From Trichosphaerium sp. ATCC 40318 (lineage: Eukaryota > Protista > Tubulinea): DNA of 56,927 nt. The notes under the pieces were generated by a model. The model saw only the letters and a program-made list of their open reading frames with translations, was not told where the DNA came from and did not search any database. The stretch is taken from assembly GCA_038496445.1 (NCBI GenBank), contig JALMLS010000244.1, forward strand, positions 1-56,927, written 5' to 3'. Below are positions 37,142 to 52,389 of the stretch, in pieces. The first letter of the stretch is position 1. Each line of letters starts with the position of its first letter. The translations under genes and the position numbers were made by a program.

Positions 37142-39886
37142 ATGACGTTTTACCCTGGTAACGGCGGAGATGATTTGTTTATGTTGGACGATGCAAGAGG
37201 TATTAATCAAATGGGTATGTCCCAAATACCAACGCTATCAAATACAGACGGTTTCGCGTTCCAAAACTCTAATTTCGATAATACTGTGGACAAGTACGCG
37301 CGCCTAAACACCTGGTGTTTATTCATTTATAGCGGTATTATCATCAAACAAGAGCCCAGAGACCTGTTTGACTCTGAAGATTATTCCAACGTAACCCAAT
37401 CTCCATTTTCACTAGAGTAAGCATTACGAGTTGTACTTTGTTATTGGTGTTGTTAATTGATAGAAATAGGTCTTCGTTGTCTAACCCGAATTCTCCCGCT
37501 CCAGTGCATACAACGCTCCCACACCAACGTGCTGTTGACGATTCACCTGATTACAGCACGTTTACATTCAATTGTAGCATTTTTAGCTAATACACTTAGA
37601 ACAAAATATTCCCCCGCTCCTTCAATCACTGCCAAATGCGATGGTACGTTATTTCGGTTAAGTAGTTTAAACCAGACAAAAAAAAAAGAAACGGCTAAAC
37701 TTTGCCATTAGTGCATTGAAATGAATTAAAATATTTTTGTACAGGTAGATATGGAGCTTGTTGTGAATAAGACGCGTGTGAATCCGTATATCCGTATCGG
37801 TAAAAAAATTCGCCTCAAACTGAACTCTATCCCCAATGTATATCATTTCTTGAAGCTGAAATCACAGAACGGCAACTACAGCGGCGATCAAGGTACACAA
37901 TTATGTTTTTACAGGGAGAATTTTGGGAATTTCTAAACGTTGTTCATTCGCCTTACCAAAGTGGAGGCTCTTTTTTACAACCCTTGTGGTAGTTTTTTTT
38001 CTGTCACAGGTTCATTACGTTCCATCGTTATCTTTTACTCAGAAAGGTTTTTTGTCCAAAATTGTAATACCCAAAAAAGTTCGCGCTCCTTTCACAAACT
38101 TACTTGGGTTTTCATTAAGATTCTACACTGTATTTGGACGTTCAAATTGTTGGTTTGGAGGATGCTCAAGTAATTGCTACGCTATGTAATAAGTGTCAAA
38201 AATCCAAGAGCAAAAAAGAAAAAACCACCGTATTCGGACCTATAAAATTTAATGTACGAACTCTTTTGTTAATTTGTGATATCTTATTATATTCTCTGTA
38301 GGATCAATTTCCCATTCAAGTTAATAGACAAACACTTACGATGGACTTTTCCATTCACTGTAACCATGAGCGTCCTGGAAGGCCACTAAAGTTTTGTTCG
38401 TTGGAATGCACTTTAATCAACAAACACAGGTAAATTATTTTTCTGTGGAGTTTCAGCGATGACTCTTCCTTTTTTGACTTTATTTATCGTTTACATGTAT
38501 CTAGAGAGCTTATTGGGCAAACTAAAGCTGCGTTTATGCTTAACTCAGGGTCTGGTAGTACAGTCGAGCAAAAGTCAGATGTTGTTAAATTTTGGCGTGT
38601 TTTTCAACACTTACACAATAATTCTACCTACTTAATATTACCTGAAGCTCTCGCTTCTAGAAAGCCCAGAGGTCCGAGTGCACAACCTAAGCGATCTAGA
38701 AACTCTGACTATGTAATGGACCCAAAGGTATCGCAAAAGTCTGAACTCGACTTCAGGGAGTCTTGTAGAGGCGTTTACAGAACTTCATTACCTCCAGATA
38801 TATATAATGCACGTCCTCTGTCCGAACACGATCTACGGTAAGCAGTTTAACGTGGTTTAAAACGTTGTTGAAGATCTTTTTTGTTTTTCTAATGTAACGC
38901 GTAGTTGGCTTTGGGAATTTAGTCAAGGGCAGTTTGACGGTAATTTTTACAAGTTTGGCACATCTTGGTTGAACCCTTCGTTCAATAGCCTCTCTCAGGT
39001 GCGTACTGGCGACAAACTCTTTCGAAAAAATTCTAAGTTGTTATTTTTAAAACGCTCCTACTTTTCTTCTGCTCCTTTGGTAGATGAAATATGTGCACTC
39101 GCAAAGGGTTAGATAGATACACCCCAAAGCCTCTTTCGTCCTTTTGCTGAGCTTTTAATGGTTTATTTTCTTGTATTTACTCGTTGTTTTAGATTAAAGC
39201 GTTATGGGTTGCTGGTCACCCTAACCTGGAGATCCTTCCTGCGTTTATTTCTCGCCAGCATTGTTTTAATATTCTTTGCCAGCCAGCCGTTGCTGCGTCT
39301 ACAGGATTGATTCGATGGAGTAGACAGTTCCCTGGGTCACTTATTATTCAAGTAAAAGGGCCTGACGGTTCCATAAACGAATGGTTGCTCGAAAGAACTT
39401 CTAATATGTTTGTATCATCTTATCAGTTCGACGGTAACAAGTGTCCATTGGAAAGAATGCTTCAAGTACGCTATTTTTTATTATTAGCTCCGAAGTGGTA
39501 AAATCATCACAGTAGTTAATGTATCTTTTCGCTACCAAGTGGTTTGCGATATTTATCGACGAGTCGCCAATTTAAGCGAGACTTTAGCGTTGCTTGTCTC
39601 AGAACATTCACTTGTAGTTACAATTTCTTCGTTGTGCTTTTTTTGCCTACCACCAAAACATAGTTCTGGCTATTTTAATGCTCTTTGTAGTTACTGCTTC
39701 AACAGAGGAAGCTGTTGTACCTACTATGTCGTATTACGAACACAGCTGATAATTTCAGAGCTGTGCCGTTACAAGACATATTAGGAAGCTTGGGATGTTT
39801 CAACAACCGCCAAGAGACTGCTGGGCCTATTTACAGGACGAGAGCAAACTGATACGAGTTTAATTTTTTGGTGCCTTTACCTCTAA
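37142..39886 (+). CDS. STAT/CudA-like transcription factor with a C-terminal SH2 domain; 3' end approximate
   Basis: Low-complexity N-terminus with IKQEP; beta-rich central region with CNKC and DFSIHCNH; IKALW...AFISRQHCFNIL...GLIRWSRQFPGSLII matches the STAT-type linker-SH2 pattern (GFISK...FLLRFS). Confidence 0.65.
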
Positions 39887-40775
39887 AAAATTCTTTTCGC
39901 GTAGAGTACTTTTTAATCTCCTTGTATTTTTACTGTACATTAAAATTACAATGGCAAACAAACTGTTTATTATGTATATTGCGCTTTGCATGTGCCTATT
40001 CCGTTTCTCCTAGTATTGGACGACTAGTGAGAAAAACTTACGTGCCACTAGCGAGAGGTTTTGTTTGTCTGGATGTTTGAGGTTTTTGTTACGTGGTAGG
40101 CGTTGAAAGCAGGAAACTAAGAATTTCATTTTTTTGATATATTTATAAAAAAATGTCCACGCTACTGAGCTTGAAATCCTCAGGATTGCCTTGCCGGCGC
40201 CTTTGGTATACAACTTCAGGTTTTAATTTAATCGTTTTGTACTGGTTTTCCTTTTTCGCTGAAGTTTTTCTTTGGTTTCTTGGTTAGCTGAACGTTAAAA
40301 ATTACCAATCAACACTTCTACGCATGCTGTGAGGAAAGGAGCAAAATCAGGCATGTACTATTTCGGATAACAATCTATAAGGTCCTTATCGTACCCTGAA
40401 GTCAAACTTTTAAATAATTATGCCCGTATGTGGTACTATAAGTTAGAGTACGAGAGGTTAATTTAAAACCGTCATGGCGCAGTGCCATCTCGTATCATCA
40501 ACTTCATTGAGAAAAGCGTAAAGTAACAAGCGTGCCATCTGTCCACCCCGTTGGAAGTATGTACATATTTAGGACGCTTTCCTCATGAGGTTTACCGAGG
40601 CTTCAGTTTCCTTGCCAGCTTCGAACCGGAGTCAACTGGCCAAGTGCGTAGTGCTTACCTCTTTTACAGGCTTGGCTTAAGCACACAATAACTTAAACTT
40701 GTCATTAGCACAAACTGAATACGTCTCAAGTATACATCTCAAGACTAAACCACTGTACAATCGTCCGCAAAGAAC

Positions 40776-41313
40776 ATGGCGAACAATACCAGGTACAGAT
40801 TCCGTTTTTCAAAACTAAACTAAACTGTTGTAGAACGGACGTCAGTCCCCCAAAGCCCGAGCGCACTCTTCTCAGCGAAGCAGAAAGACAGTGCGTTGGA
40901 CAATTCTACTTTTATGAGATCTTGATATTTACCCATGCCTTAGGCGTTGTAGATCAAACTCGCCCGCAGCTAAATTTATTGTGCGTACACAACAAGCTTA
41001 CTTTCACTACTAAGTTTTCGAGTAGATACCAGATGGTGTGGAAGCCAACCTTGGCGCATGGTTGGCAAATTATGTTGTTCGTAAGCTGAACGAAAAATCA
41101 GCTACCGGCTTAAAAATGTACACTTTACAATTGTGGTTGTCATTCCTACAGGGTGACGACCCAAAAGGCAGCTCGCTGAAGGCGGCGATACCTGCCGAAG
41201 TTGTTGATAAGCTTATGCAACAGAATGATAATATGATCAGCAAAGGCCAATTTGATCTAGGCATTATGCAAGATTGCGCTGACAAAATAGTTGTAATCCT
41301 CGATCGTAAATAG
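40776..41313 (+). CDS. Family B member 2, a HEPN-like paralog lacking RxxxxH
   Basis: Same four-exon structure and intron phases as 18938-19516; KLNEKSAT..K..TLQLWL..L.GDDPK...QQNDNMISKGQFDLGIMQDCADKIV. Confidence 0.7.
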
Positions 41314-41630
41314 TAGAATAAACGACGTTTATACTTTATACTTTGCTCTACAAAATTTATTTGCTACCAAATGTATGATTTTAATGCTACCAACCGCTCA
41401 ATCAGCTTGTGAAAACGGCGACATGTTACTTTGTGCGGCTAAAAGATTGTCGTAGCTGTTGAAGAACAGTGCTTCACGTGTAGAAAACGAATTGAATGCG
41501 CTCAATAGGTCATTCCGCAACACAACTGTGCTCAACCACTCTGTTGAAACAAAACTTTATCACTAAAATTAGTATTTATTTTCTAGTGAAAGGAAAGTCA
41601 ATCTATAGAATTTTGTTGGTAGCGTGTTTT

Positions 41631-42564
<934 letters not shown>

Positions 42565-43124
42565 GGTTGGTATTCGCGTATTTATTTCGTGCTGTTTAGT
42601 TCTAAAAAAAACTGCCGGTGCTGAATTTAACTCCCTCGTTCGTCGTACACGTCGTGTAGCAATTTTAAAGTAAATTTGTTGAGCATTTTCAAGTAAATAG
42701 CTTGACTGGTGCGCCTGAAAAACATTTTATCACCTGTTTCGTAATCGCTTTCCAGTACTACTTCCGAACTAGTGCTCACTGCGAAGAAAGTACAACAGCT
42801 ATCAATTAGCTTGTTGTTTGGAATGTACGTGACGCTTTACTGCCAATAATGGACTTAGCGAATTGACTCAGATTATCGATAAACTTTTGTATCGATACTT
42901 TTTTCACGTGACTGTAACCACAAAAGCCGGCCAAAAGGAGTCGGCATAAAAATCACAAATAAAAAAAACTGTTTTAAAAAAATTAGGAGGTTATTTTCTC
43001 TCTGTGGGAAGCAATTCCGTTGCAATTTCGTGTACAAAACCTTTCGGAGTAAGGCCCTAACCGTCTTGATACTTATACAGAACAAAAGCATTTGTGAGGG
43101 TGTAAAACCAACCAACAAGAAGTC

Positions 43125-44130
43125 TCATTTTCCATTTGTTGAACGCCAATATGTCCAATAGGACTTGGCCAGCTGGCCGAATTGATCACTATTTCCCTGT
43201 GTCATTTTCCTGCTACTGTCAAATGAACTTTTGTCATCAACACAGTAGACAGTGGTGGCCAACTTTACGATTTCATTGTTATTTGTTGCAACTGCACCAG
43301 TTTTGTCAGATGGTGCCACTCTTGTGTATCCCACAGGCACTTTTTTAGCAAGTGCTTGCGTCAAGACCACTGACGGTGGTATTACCTGATACAGTAGCGT
43401 CTAAACCAAATTCCCGGCTTGTTGAGATCCATGGCTGAACAAAAACTAGAGTCGACTGTAAAATAAAGGCACCTTCCAATTGTTTTCGACCATTTTGCAA
43501 TGAAAGAGGGACTCATTGCTCAATCAAAGGGTTGATAAAATCTGCCAGATACCTAGTTCGAATCATCGAGACACTTGGATTCTATGGCCCAGGCGTATGG
43601 TTTCTTAATGTTGTGAGTTTTTAAATGGTAATTGAAATATTGTTGAATACAGATTTCATCAACACAAGTGAAATAACATGGTACCATGTGGCGCTTAAAG
43701 ACAATTACTAGAAACGAACGTACCATGTTAGCATAATGTCATGTTGGCAGAGATGTTGAAGTAGTGATTAAGTGGCAACAAACCTGTTTTCCCAGTAAAG
43801 GAAATTTGTACTTCACCTGTGCTCCATAATGAGCCCTATTCCCATAATTCCATGCCATCTCACTGTGCCAAAGAATTTCGTAATATGGGTAGTGATCCCA
43901 CTTTTAGGTCAGTGTGATGTTGTTCACATGTGCTTGTGAATAGCAAGTTTTCACTTGAAGGTGAAGATGTCATTGCTGGAACAGCAGGGGAACAGTATAG
44001 TATGTGGTGTCTTGGCTTTTTACAATCCCAATAACGCTAAGATGGTTTTTAAATTAGTACAACCGTAAACGGGATACCCAACATTGGTATATCCATATAG
44101 CTTCCATGTTGCTCTCAAAACCGTGGTTCT
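43125..44130 (-). pseudogene. Possible decayed multi-exon gene
   Basis: Coding-like composition and GT-AG junction candidates, but every frame has stops; no family recognised. Confidence 0.25.
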
Positions 44131-47100
44131 AAAAAAATTTAGTGTACTGTTTGCAGAACTGTGGCGTTTTGGTACTGTTTTCTAGTTCCAACGCTGATAC
44201 AACACTACGCAAGCCTACGGAATATGTTTCTAGTTCTGTAATTTTGTTCAACCCGAGTAGCAGAATGCCATTAGAATTCACAAACATACTATCCAAATTC
44301 GTCACTTACAAGCCTACTAAATAGGTTGTGATAAATTTATAAACCTATTACTTTGTATACTATCACCTCTACTGTGCTGGAGTACGACTAGTTAATACTT
44401 CCAATCCAGTATGAATTTTAAGTATGAAGTTATCTACACCTCAGAATGATATTTGCGTAACAGCTATTTCATGGCAAGAGTTGACCGGTTTTTAGTTATT
44501 AGTACACTGCCGGCAGTCAAATTTATTAACGTATACTGTTTGCCTTGCCTGACTTCCAATAGCTGGCAGTAGTTAAGCATGTACATCAAATTTATATAAT
44601 TGGTAGCAGCACATGCCTGGTCAAGCACGGCAGGCAAAAGAGCGACATGACTTGGTTCATCATTTTTGCAACTAATTAAAATTGTTTTTTAGGCTACAGC
44701 CTTTCTCTGTGCTTCTATATTACGTTCCTCATTGAAACCCCTTATTTACTACAAAAATAGATAGATAGTACAAAGGATTATACACTGGAGGTGGTTGATT
44801 GTACAGCACTGGAGGGTTCGGCGGCTACACTAGGCATTGGTGCACGACTTTTACAGCACAAGCACCATGTACTAAAGAACCAACACCCGTAATCATGAAT
44901 AGGATGCCTAGGCATGAGTTCCAGCCACTTACTAAGTTTATTCACAGCCGGTAAACCAGCCCAACATCTCATTCATTAGAAAAAAAAATTATCGACACAT
45001 ATCGATAATCTGAGTCAATTCCTTTGCTAACTCCATTGGCAGTAAAGATGCAAGTGCATCTCATCGGAAGCTCATGTGATTGACGTCACTCAGCTTATTT
45101 GTAATTAATACCAGTTCGTTCAGAATGTAGAATTTGAGGATCAGTTTCATGCGAAGGCAACGTGAATGTGTAGAAAAATTGAACTACCAATGAAGTACTG
45201 GAAACCCTTTTGATGATTCTAGGCCATAGCGCTAAAATTAGTACAACGGTTGAAAAACACACCTTACAAGGTAAAGTGGTACTAGAGGCCTCAAAGAAGC
45301 TGGTGGCTAATCTGAACATTGCCCTAGTAAAAATTCAGATATCTTGAGAAATACTACTAAAAACAGCCACTACCACTGTACAAGCGTGGCTGTTTACCGT
45401 CAATAACCAAAGTAAGTATATCTACTGACGACGAGACATGTTGGCTAGAAGACAGTGGTATCTGCTTTAACAAAATGAAGTATTTTTTTTTTGGTGACGA
45501 ATCACGTGGAGGCGAATATCTTTGGTTGGTGTACATGAAAAACCGTGTGCCCTCTATACAAATCTAAAAGCCGGCTTAGTACGATAAAGAACAATTGATA
45601 TGTTACTAAGTAAATTTTCACCACCTGAAAAAGAAAACTTTTATGTTAAACCGTACAAATTTGTTAACCAGATCATATTACAGATGGTGATTTCGTCATC
45701 ACAGATCCCATCATATAAGCCGTATCACATCCAACAAGGATAAAAAATCACCTCTACCGTTTCTTGCTGATTTTCATTACATGCTATGGTCGCTTAGCCA
45801 TCTAAGCAAAAAGAATTAGCGGACAATTGACCTCTCGACATAATTTGATCCAAAACTTGCTTCTGTTTAACAAAGTTTCGACCGTGCCTTGATGGCACCC
45901 AAGACGTACTGTTGGTGCGTTGTATTTGTCGTAGCCTCTGCTGTAGTCACCAACATTATTAATTCACCAAATACGCTTGCTATAACAGAAGCACACCAAG
46001 GGAGCGAATGCAGTGGAGCATTTGAAGTTTTACAGCCTGAATTACTTTACACACATCAACTGTACCATTTGCTTCGCGTCGAGAATGCGGGAGGTTTTTT
46101 TTCACTTATTTAACCACTGGACAATCAATTTACATCGAGATCACATTCGCATCAACACATCGCTCGCATGTTGAGCTTTAATGTAAAATAACGATGTCAC
46201 CTTGGAAATTAACGTTTACGAACAATCTTACAGCAACGTATTTAACCAATCAGAATACGCGTCAGTTGACGTTTCAAAGGTACAAATATCACTCCTTGAT
46301 ACCTTGTAGCGTATTCTAGCTATGGATGCTTCCGCTGTCAACTTTTACATAACCAACGCGTGTGCGATCGGGTTTATTGTCGCCGCGATAAGTTGTCGAT
46401 TTTGAAGATACAAATGTGGAGGTAACCTTTGTTTCGATACAAGTACACCTTTTATGTTTATCGTTAAAATTGGCTTACACCAAGGGTAAAGAGAGAAACA
46501 ATAAAAAAACCGGCTTTGTGGTATGCTCTACAAACCATTGTTGGGTTAACTTGGCATTTTTTTCAGGTCTACACTGGCAATCATAGAAGCAGAAAAGAAT
46601 AGTGTTATCTCCCATGAGCTTCGACATAAGCTTGGACTTCTTCATGCTGCTAGAAATATGTGGTTGAGGGTATTACCAACGCTCTATTACTTTAGTTTAC
46701 AAAAAAACAAAACTGAAAGCGAATAAACCATTCTCATTTTATTCTTAAAACAATGTGTCAAAAAAAAAAGGGCAAAATACTTTTTTTATTTTTCTGTTTC
46801 GCCTGATTGCTGCTCGCCATGTTGTTTATACGCTTTGTAGGTTGTTGTTGTTCTTTTATATGAAGTCAACTGAAGTTTACCCTACGTCTGTAACGGAGTA
46901 AAACGTGTACAGCCATATTTGTTATGATAATGTTAACCAAAAAGACTTTCTGTACAGGATATTGATCATTCTTATCAGTCCATCTTCGTACATTAAAAAG
47001 GAATTGAGTTTGTTGAATCTCATCACGGATGACCAAAGAAACAAATTGCATAAAGTACAATTTTTTGAGATTTGAAGTGCATGAGCAATTTTTTCTCCTT

Positions 47101-47550
47101 AACTGAAGAGGTACATCAACACTTACAAAACCATGGTTCCCTGCCGGAATTAAAGGCCACAACCCTAACCGCAAGGTAGATTTTGAAGGTGTTGGTGTGT
47201 AGGTAGCGTTGAGAAAACATAGCGGACGTTGGTAATGTCCAAAAAAAAAGCAAATCGTTCATTATTTTTATGTTGTTGTTTATGATTGTTAGGCCTGGTT
47301 TTGCCCAAAGATAGTATAGATGGGTCGGATTAGCGAATACTTGACACCTTGTAATAATGGAGGGTCACTACACTCGCAATGTGGGAAAGCTACAAAGCTT
47401 GGATGCAGCAACATAAAAAAGTACAAAAAATAACAAATGATTGGAAAAACGGTTGGTGTAAATAACTTAACAAGGAGCACCTCCCAAACACACACGTTCA
47501 TACCTATTTGCTTCTATTTTGGACCTTTTGGAGCTTGTACAATATTTTTG

Positions 47551-50489
47551 AAATACATGAAGTAGATTCTTCATTGTTCTGAAGAAGTATCCTTCAAACT
47601 TATGACGCGCAAGTTGAACACAATCAGCGAAATTAGCTGGTCGTTTTTCGACATTTTTCAATACGAACTTGAGCGACTTAAAGAGCGGACGACTTTGACC
47701 AGATTCGATGCCCTAAACAGTCACGTCACATCAATACTGTCTGGTTATAAAATGATGATGTGTACCTGTATATTCTTCTGGCTTACCGTAAAAAGAGGCA
47801 AGCTCAGAAGGCTTTCCAGCAAACAAAGACTCGAACTTATCACGTGCCCATTGGATACAATGATCAATTTTAGCTGGGAAAGATTTTATAGTACAGAAAG
47901 GTACACCAACCTCTGGTGGATCACGTTGATATTGGTAAACCACAAGAGTCAGAATAAATAGTTTCATATTGCAATTGAAAACAATGCTATTTGTCAATGG
48001 AAAGGAGACCCTTCTCAAATGGGAGGGTGCGTACTGTTTCAGTGAGGTGTGGCATGATTACTTGTACATGAGCCTTAGTTCCAAGAGTACCAGACTCAAG
48101 TAGAGGCTTGAGGTTCGTAATACAACGCTGATCTACATACATACGAGCCTACAATAAACAATAACATAAGTATTCGCTATCGAGTGTTTATAAAGTACAA
48201 ATTACCTGAACATTATCTAATGCATTTATAACAATATCTGTTGATTTGAAGAACGCATTATCATATTTACTCTCGGTCTTTGGTTCTATTCTGTCAAGAT
48301 TTGCATTGACCTTTAGACTTGGATTCATTGCCTTAGCAGCAGCCGCAGCAGTGCTCGATTTTGGAGACTATAATGGGTATTAGAAAGGTATGTAATTAAC
48401 ATATAAATAAGGCGTACTTGGATATCTTTTTCGCGGAATAGAAATTGTCTATTAAGATTTGAAGTTTCAATAAGATCATCATCTGTTAATGTAACTAGAC
48501 CGTTCTCTCCAGCACCAATACCCATCATAGCATAATTCTTCATCATTTCACAACCAATAGCGCCAGCACCAATCTATAAATTGCTTACAACCGACAAAAA
48601 TATAAGAAAAAAATTGGAAAAAAAAAGAGTTCTTAGTACCATAAACACTTTTTGGTTCAACAATTTCTGGTTGACTGTATTACCAATACAAATTATTTGT
48701 GCATCATATCTCGATTTAACAGGTGCATAATCGCTTTTATCTTCTGGTATTTCAGCAGGTAAAAGTTCGGTACAGTCCAAATACAACTAACAAAAAAAGT
48801 AAGAATAAGTAACAAACAGAAGAAAAAACACTACTGCACAAAAACCAACGTACCTATTGCTTCAATGGAGTGAATTTACCGCTGCGCGCTTTAAGAACTT
48901 CTTGACCAACAAATCCACCAAGGAAAGCAGTATTACCAATAATATTACCACGTGCAGTAAAAGAAAGATACTTAATCAATTTTTCATCTAATTTTTCAAC
49001 CTTTGCGGCAGTGCGTGCATTGATCTCAGCGGCCTTGCTTAAAACGGTAGCTGCGTCTGTTTCATTCCGCGGTTGAGGTAGTTCCCTGTTCACATGTTAG
49101 TTACAGATTGAGCTGTAAAACAAACATACATTGTTTGATTGAGTGAAAGCATCTAAAGCCTGGAATGCTATATGAAGTTGTCCTGGAGCTTCCATCTTTG
49201 CCCAATCTGTAGGATCCATCTCTGGTTTTTCAACTGACTCAGATAATGGCAACTAAAAAAGGTACTTAATTCTTTGGACATTGCAGAATAACAGTTTTCT
49301 ACATACGTGATCAACCTTCAATGTATCTTTTACTTGGTTACATAGACCACCTGATTCGTATTTACCAAACTTTGATACATCAGCATCAATAGCAAATGTA
49401 GTAGGTGTAAGAGACTTAATTCTATAAAAAAGGATTAATAGGCACCAACCAATGGCGCAGAAAGATACAAAAAAAAAAAGTACAAACCTGAAAATTATTC
49501 TTCGTCTCATCAAAGTTTAGCCCATCCATACCAACAATCTCAGTTAATTTCACCAAATCACCATCTTCTAGGCCATGCATATGGTTTTCTAGACAAGTAA
49601 CAACAGAATTCTCACCATCCCTAGTCAGTCATTAGCTTCAATAATCAAAAAAAAGACAATTTATTTTCAAAGTTTTCTTCGCACTTTTTTAGTTCACTCA
49701 AGTAGAACGATTTCAACTCCTCACCATCCTTATCATGCACTTCAAATCCTTGACGAGTACTGTCAAATTACCGTGACGATCATGAAGCGCTTACCTTTGC
49801 CGAAATCGCTAAATGCCATAACGAATACACCACGCGTTTCTGCACGTATGAATACAATGTTATTTTTGTGACAATACGCATCAATCTTTTCTGCGACTTC
49901 ATGCGTAGTATCTGTTACAACAACGCACTAATGAAAGCGTTAAATAGTGATGACATTTTCGTTTTTCGTTTAAAATCGTTCTTCAGTTAGAACGTACTTG
50001 GTAGCCAGAGAGAACGTCCAAATTGGAAGCTAGGTCAACGTCTGAGGTATCAACTTTGCAGTATGGATTTAATTCAGCTATTTTAGCGTGGCTGATAGCA
50101 GCGCGATTTTTTCCAATGTCTACAGTGCGCTAAAAATTAGTTGATAGTCTTAATGTGTTATTCAGCTAATTACCTTGCTCGGTGATGAAATATTGCGTGG
50201 AGAGGTCCAGAAGGCTAGCTGGTTTCGTATCATGAATTGGCGAGAGCAACATTTTTTGCTAGAGTGCTGTAAGAATACCAAACACTATAGGAATAACGCG
50301 TGCGCGTAGTAAACGCTTTTAGTTTATAACTTTACCTATTTCTACACCTAAACCGCCTAAACCGCTCAGGAACACGCGTGACTTCGTCATTTTGTTCATT
50401 GCACGTAACCCCACAACGTATAACTGCCTACTGTAGCGATCAAAGAAATCAGCTGGCTTTGTCTCTTCTGCATTGTCGGTTGATGTCAT
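47551..50489 (-). CDS. UBA6: Ubiquitin-activating enzyme E1, UBA6-like; disrupted and 3'-truncated as assembled
   Basis: YSRQLYVVG...[11 protein letters not shown]...[13 protein letters not shown]...[13 protein letters not shown]...NALDNVQARMYVD...LESGTLGTK...[31 protein letters not shown] (catalytic Cys codon 47893-47895). The PFCT.KSFP/ARDKFES form is closer to UBA6 than UBA1. Confidence 0.8.
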
Positions 50490-52389
50490 TGGTTTGTGTG
50501 TCACTTTACGTTTTTTAACGGCCCTTCCTTTAGTTTCCACGTTGAAAAATGTTTTTCTGAAGTCACCTCAAAGCCTACTCAGCTCTATTCTCGATGTTTT
50601 GTCAAGTATTCTTAAACGAGGAGAAGGCAAATGGATCGGACCGTTTAAAACCCAACGTACTGTTGTGGACAGCGATTTCCCAATTACAGCAAAGAACTCA
50701 TCCTCTTCCTAACAGTAGACAAACCCCCGTTTATGAAAGTTTGGCAAAAAAAAAAAACTGAGAAAAAGTATGACTTGTGCATCTTTTTTTAACCGAGAAA
50801 AGACTGCAGCAACAACATAGGAGTATTAGCGAAACTCTGAGTTCAGCTTTTATTGCAAAGGTATCCCATTCTACGTGATAAGGGTTTACTGTACCTTGGG
50901 CAGCTCCTGTTGCAGTTTTTTGTCTTTTCTCGTCTACCTGCTAGCCCTAAAGATTGGTCTGTAGCATCACGCATACAAGGTAAGGCGTTCTTATTTACTA
51001 AGCACAGTTTTCTGACTGTTTTTTGCAACGCAGTTGCACCAAGCAATTTTTGGGGATAGGGATAACTATGGACGCGTGTGGAGGGTAGTAACGCTTATTC
51101 ATCTATATTGTTTTTGTTTACCTTTGTGTGCTCTTGGTTTACGCAAAGCGACTGTGAGGCCTCTAACGTCTGTTGTGGGTTTAGTAAGACGTAGATGAAA
51201 TGCAAAATTGCGTCATTTTTACTCTCTCAATTTGAGTTCACCCAGGTAGTGCCGTTAGCCTCCGGAGGGTTTTTTTTGTTTGTTGAAATGTTTACGAAAA
51301 GCATGTAGAAGATGCTACATCAGCGTTAGTGTCAGTTTATTTTTTTGCAATCATGATACGGGGTTAGCCCACTTTATAGTCGCAAACAAAGCGGTTGAAT
51401 CTTTGATTGTGTCCATAGTGTGTATGTGCGCTTCCACATTAAGTTTGTTGAAGTACGTAACGTGCTAATACGTGCTAATACGTGCACAACGGGAATCATG
51501 GAGGCAGAGCCTTAAATGTCGACTTCCACTTGAACGTTTCTGCCTCTGTATGGGCTTTACATGCGTAGAAAAGCAAAGTTCGACTATTTGTATGCGTTTC
51601 AGGAGCGTTGTGAGCGAGAGGCAAAAAAAGCTGAAAAACAATGAATGGGAGTTTTCTTTGTAAACACAACAACTAAATCCACGTCTACAATGCACACATA
51701 CATATTATTGCGACACCACGTGTTTTTTAACCATTATTTTTTTTTTTTATTTGGTATTACATTGCTTAGCAGTTCTGTTGACAGACATCCTCTAAGGTCC
51801 AGCAGTTGTCTCCTATACTCTAAAAAACCGCACTATTACACTAATGTTAATATCGTACACTCAGCAGCGCAAGAATACTTTGTAAGCGCTTGTAATTTTC
51901 TCTTTGAGGTTGTTAAACGTTTTTTTACTCCTCTTTACGCGCCTGAACATGTGCCAGCATTCGCTCCTGGTGCTAGTAAGTTAACATGTAAATCATCATT
52001 AATTCGTAGCCGTTTTTATGGTTCCTTTTTTGGGGTGAGCAATAATGAGAGCGCACCTAAGTAAAATGCTGCGATCGTCTTGTTAGATGCTATGACTTTG
52101 ACCCAGTGCTTTTTTTTCATCTTGCCTTAATGTACATAAGGACAGCAAGCACGGTACGTTGTTAGGAAGACAAAGTGTCTTGTGCCTCTAGCACAGCCAC
52201 GACAATGAGGTTTGATACAAACTGAAAGTACTTTTAATGTAGCATATAGATACATGTTATTATAAATAATAAGGTTGTAAAATCGAACACATTATCGATA
52301 GAACACAGCAAATTCAGAAGAGAAAAATGAGAAAGTGTAGAAAAAAAAAAAAAAGGGTTTGTGTGTATGTATGTTGCAAGTTTAGTGTT

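Noticed and set aside
50700-52300. ORF-track calls such as 51645-52064
   Set aside because: F/K-rich translations of homopolymer-rich non-coding DNA with no recognisable motifs.
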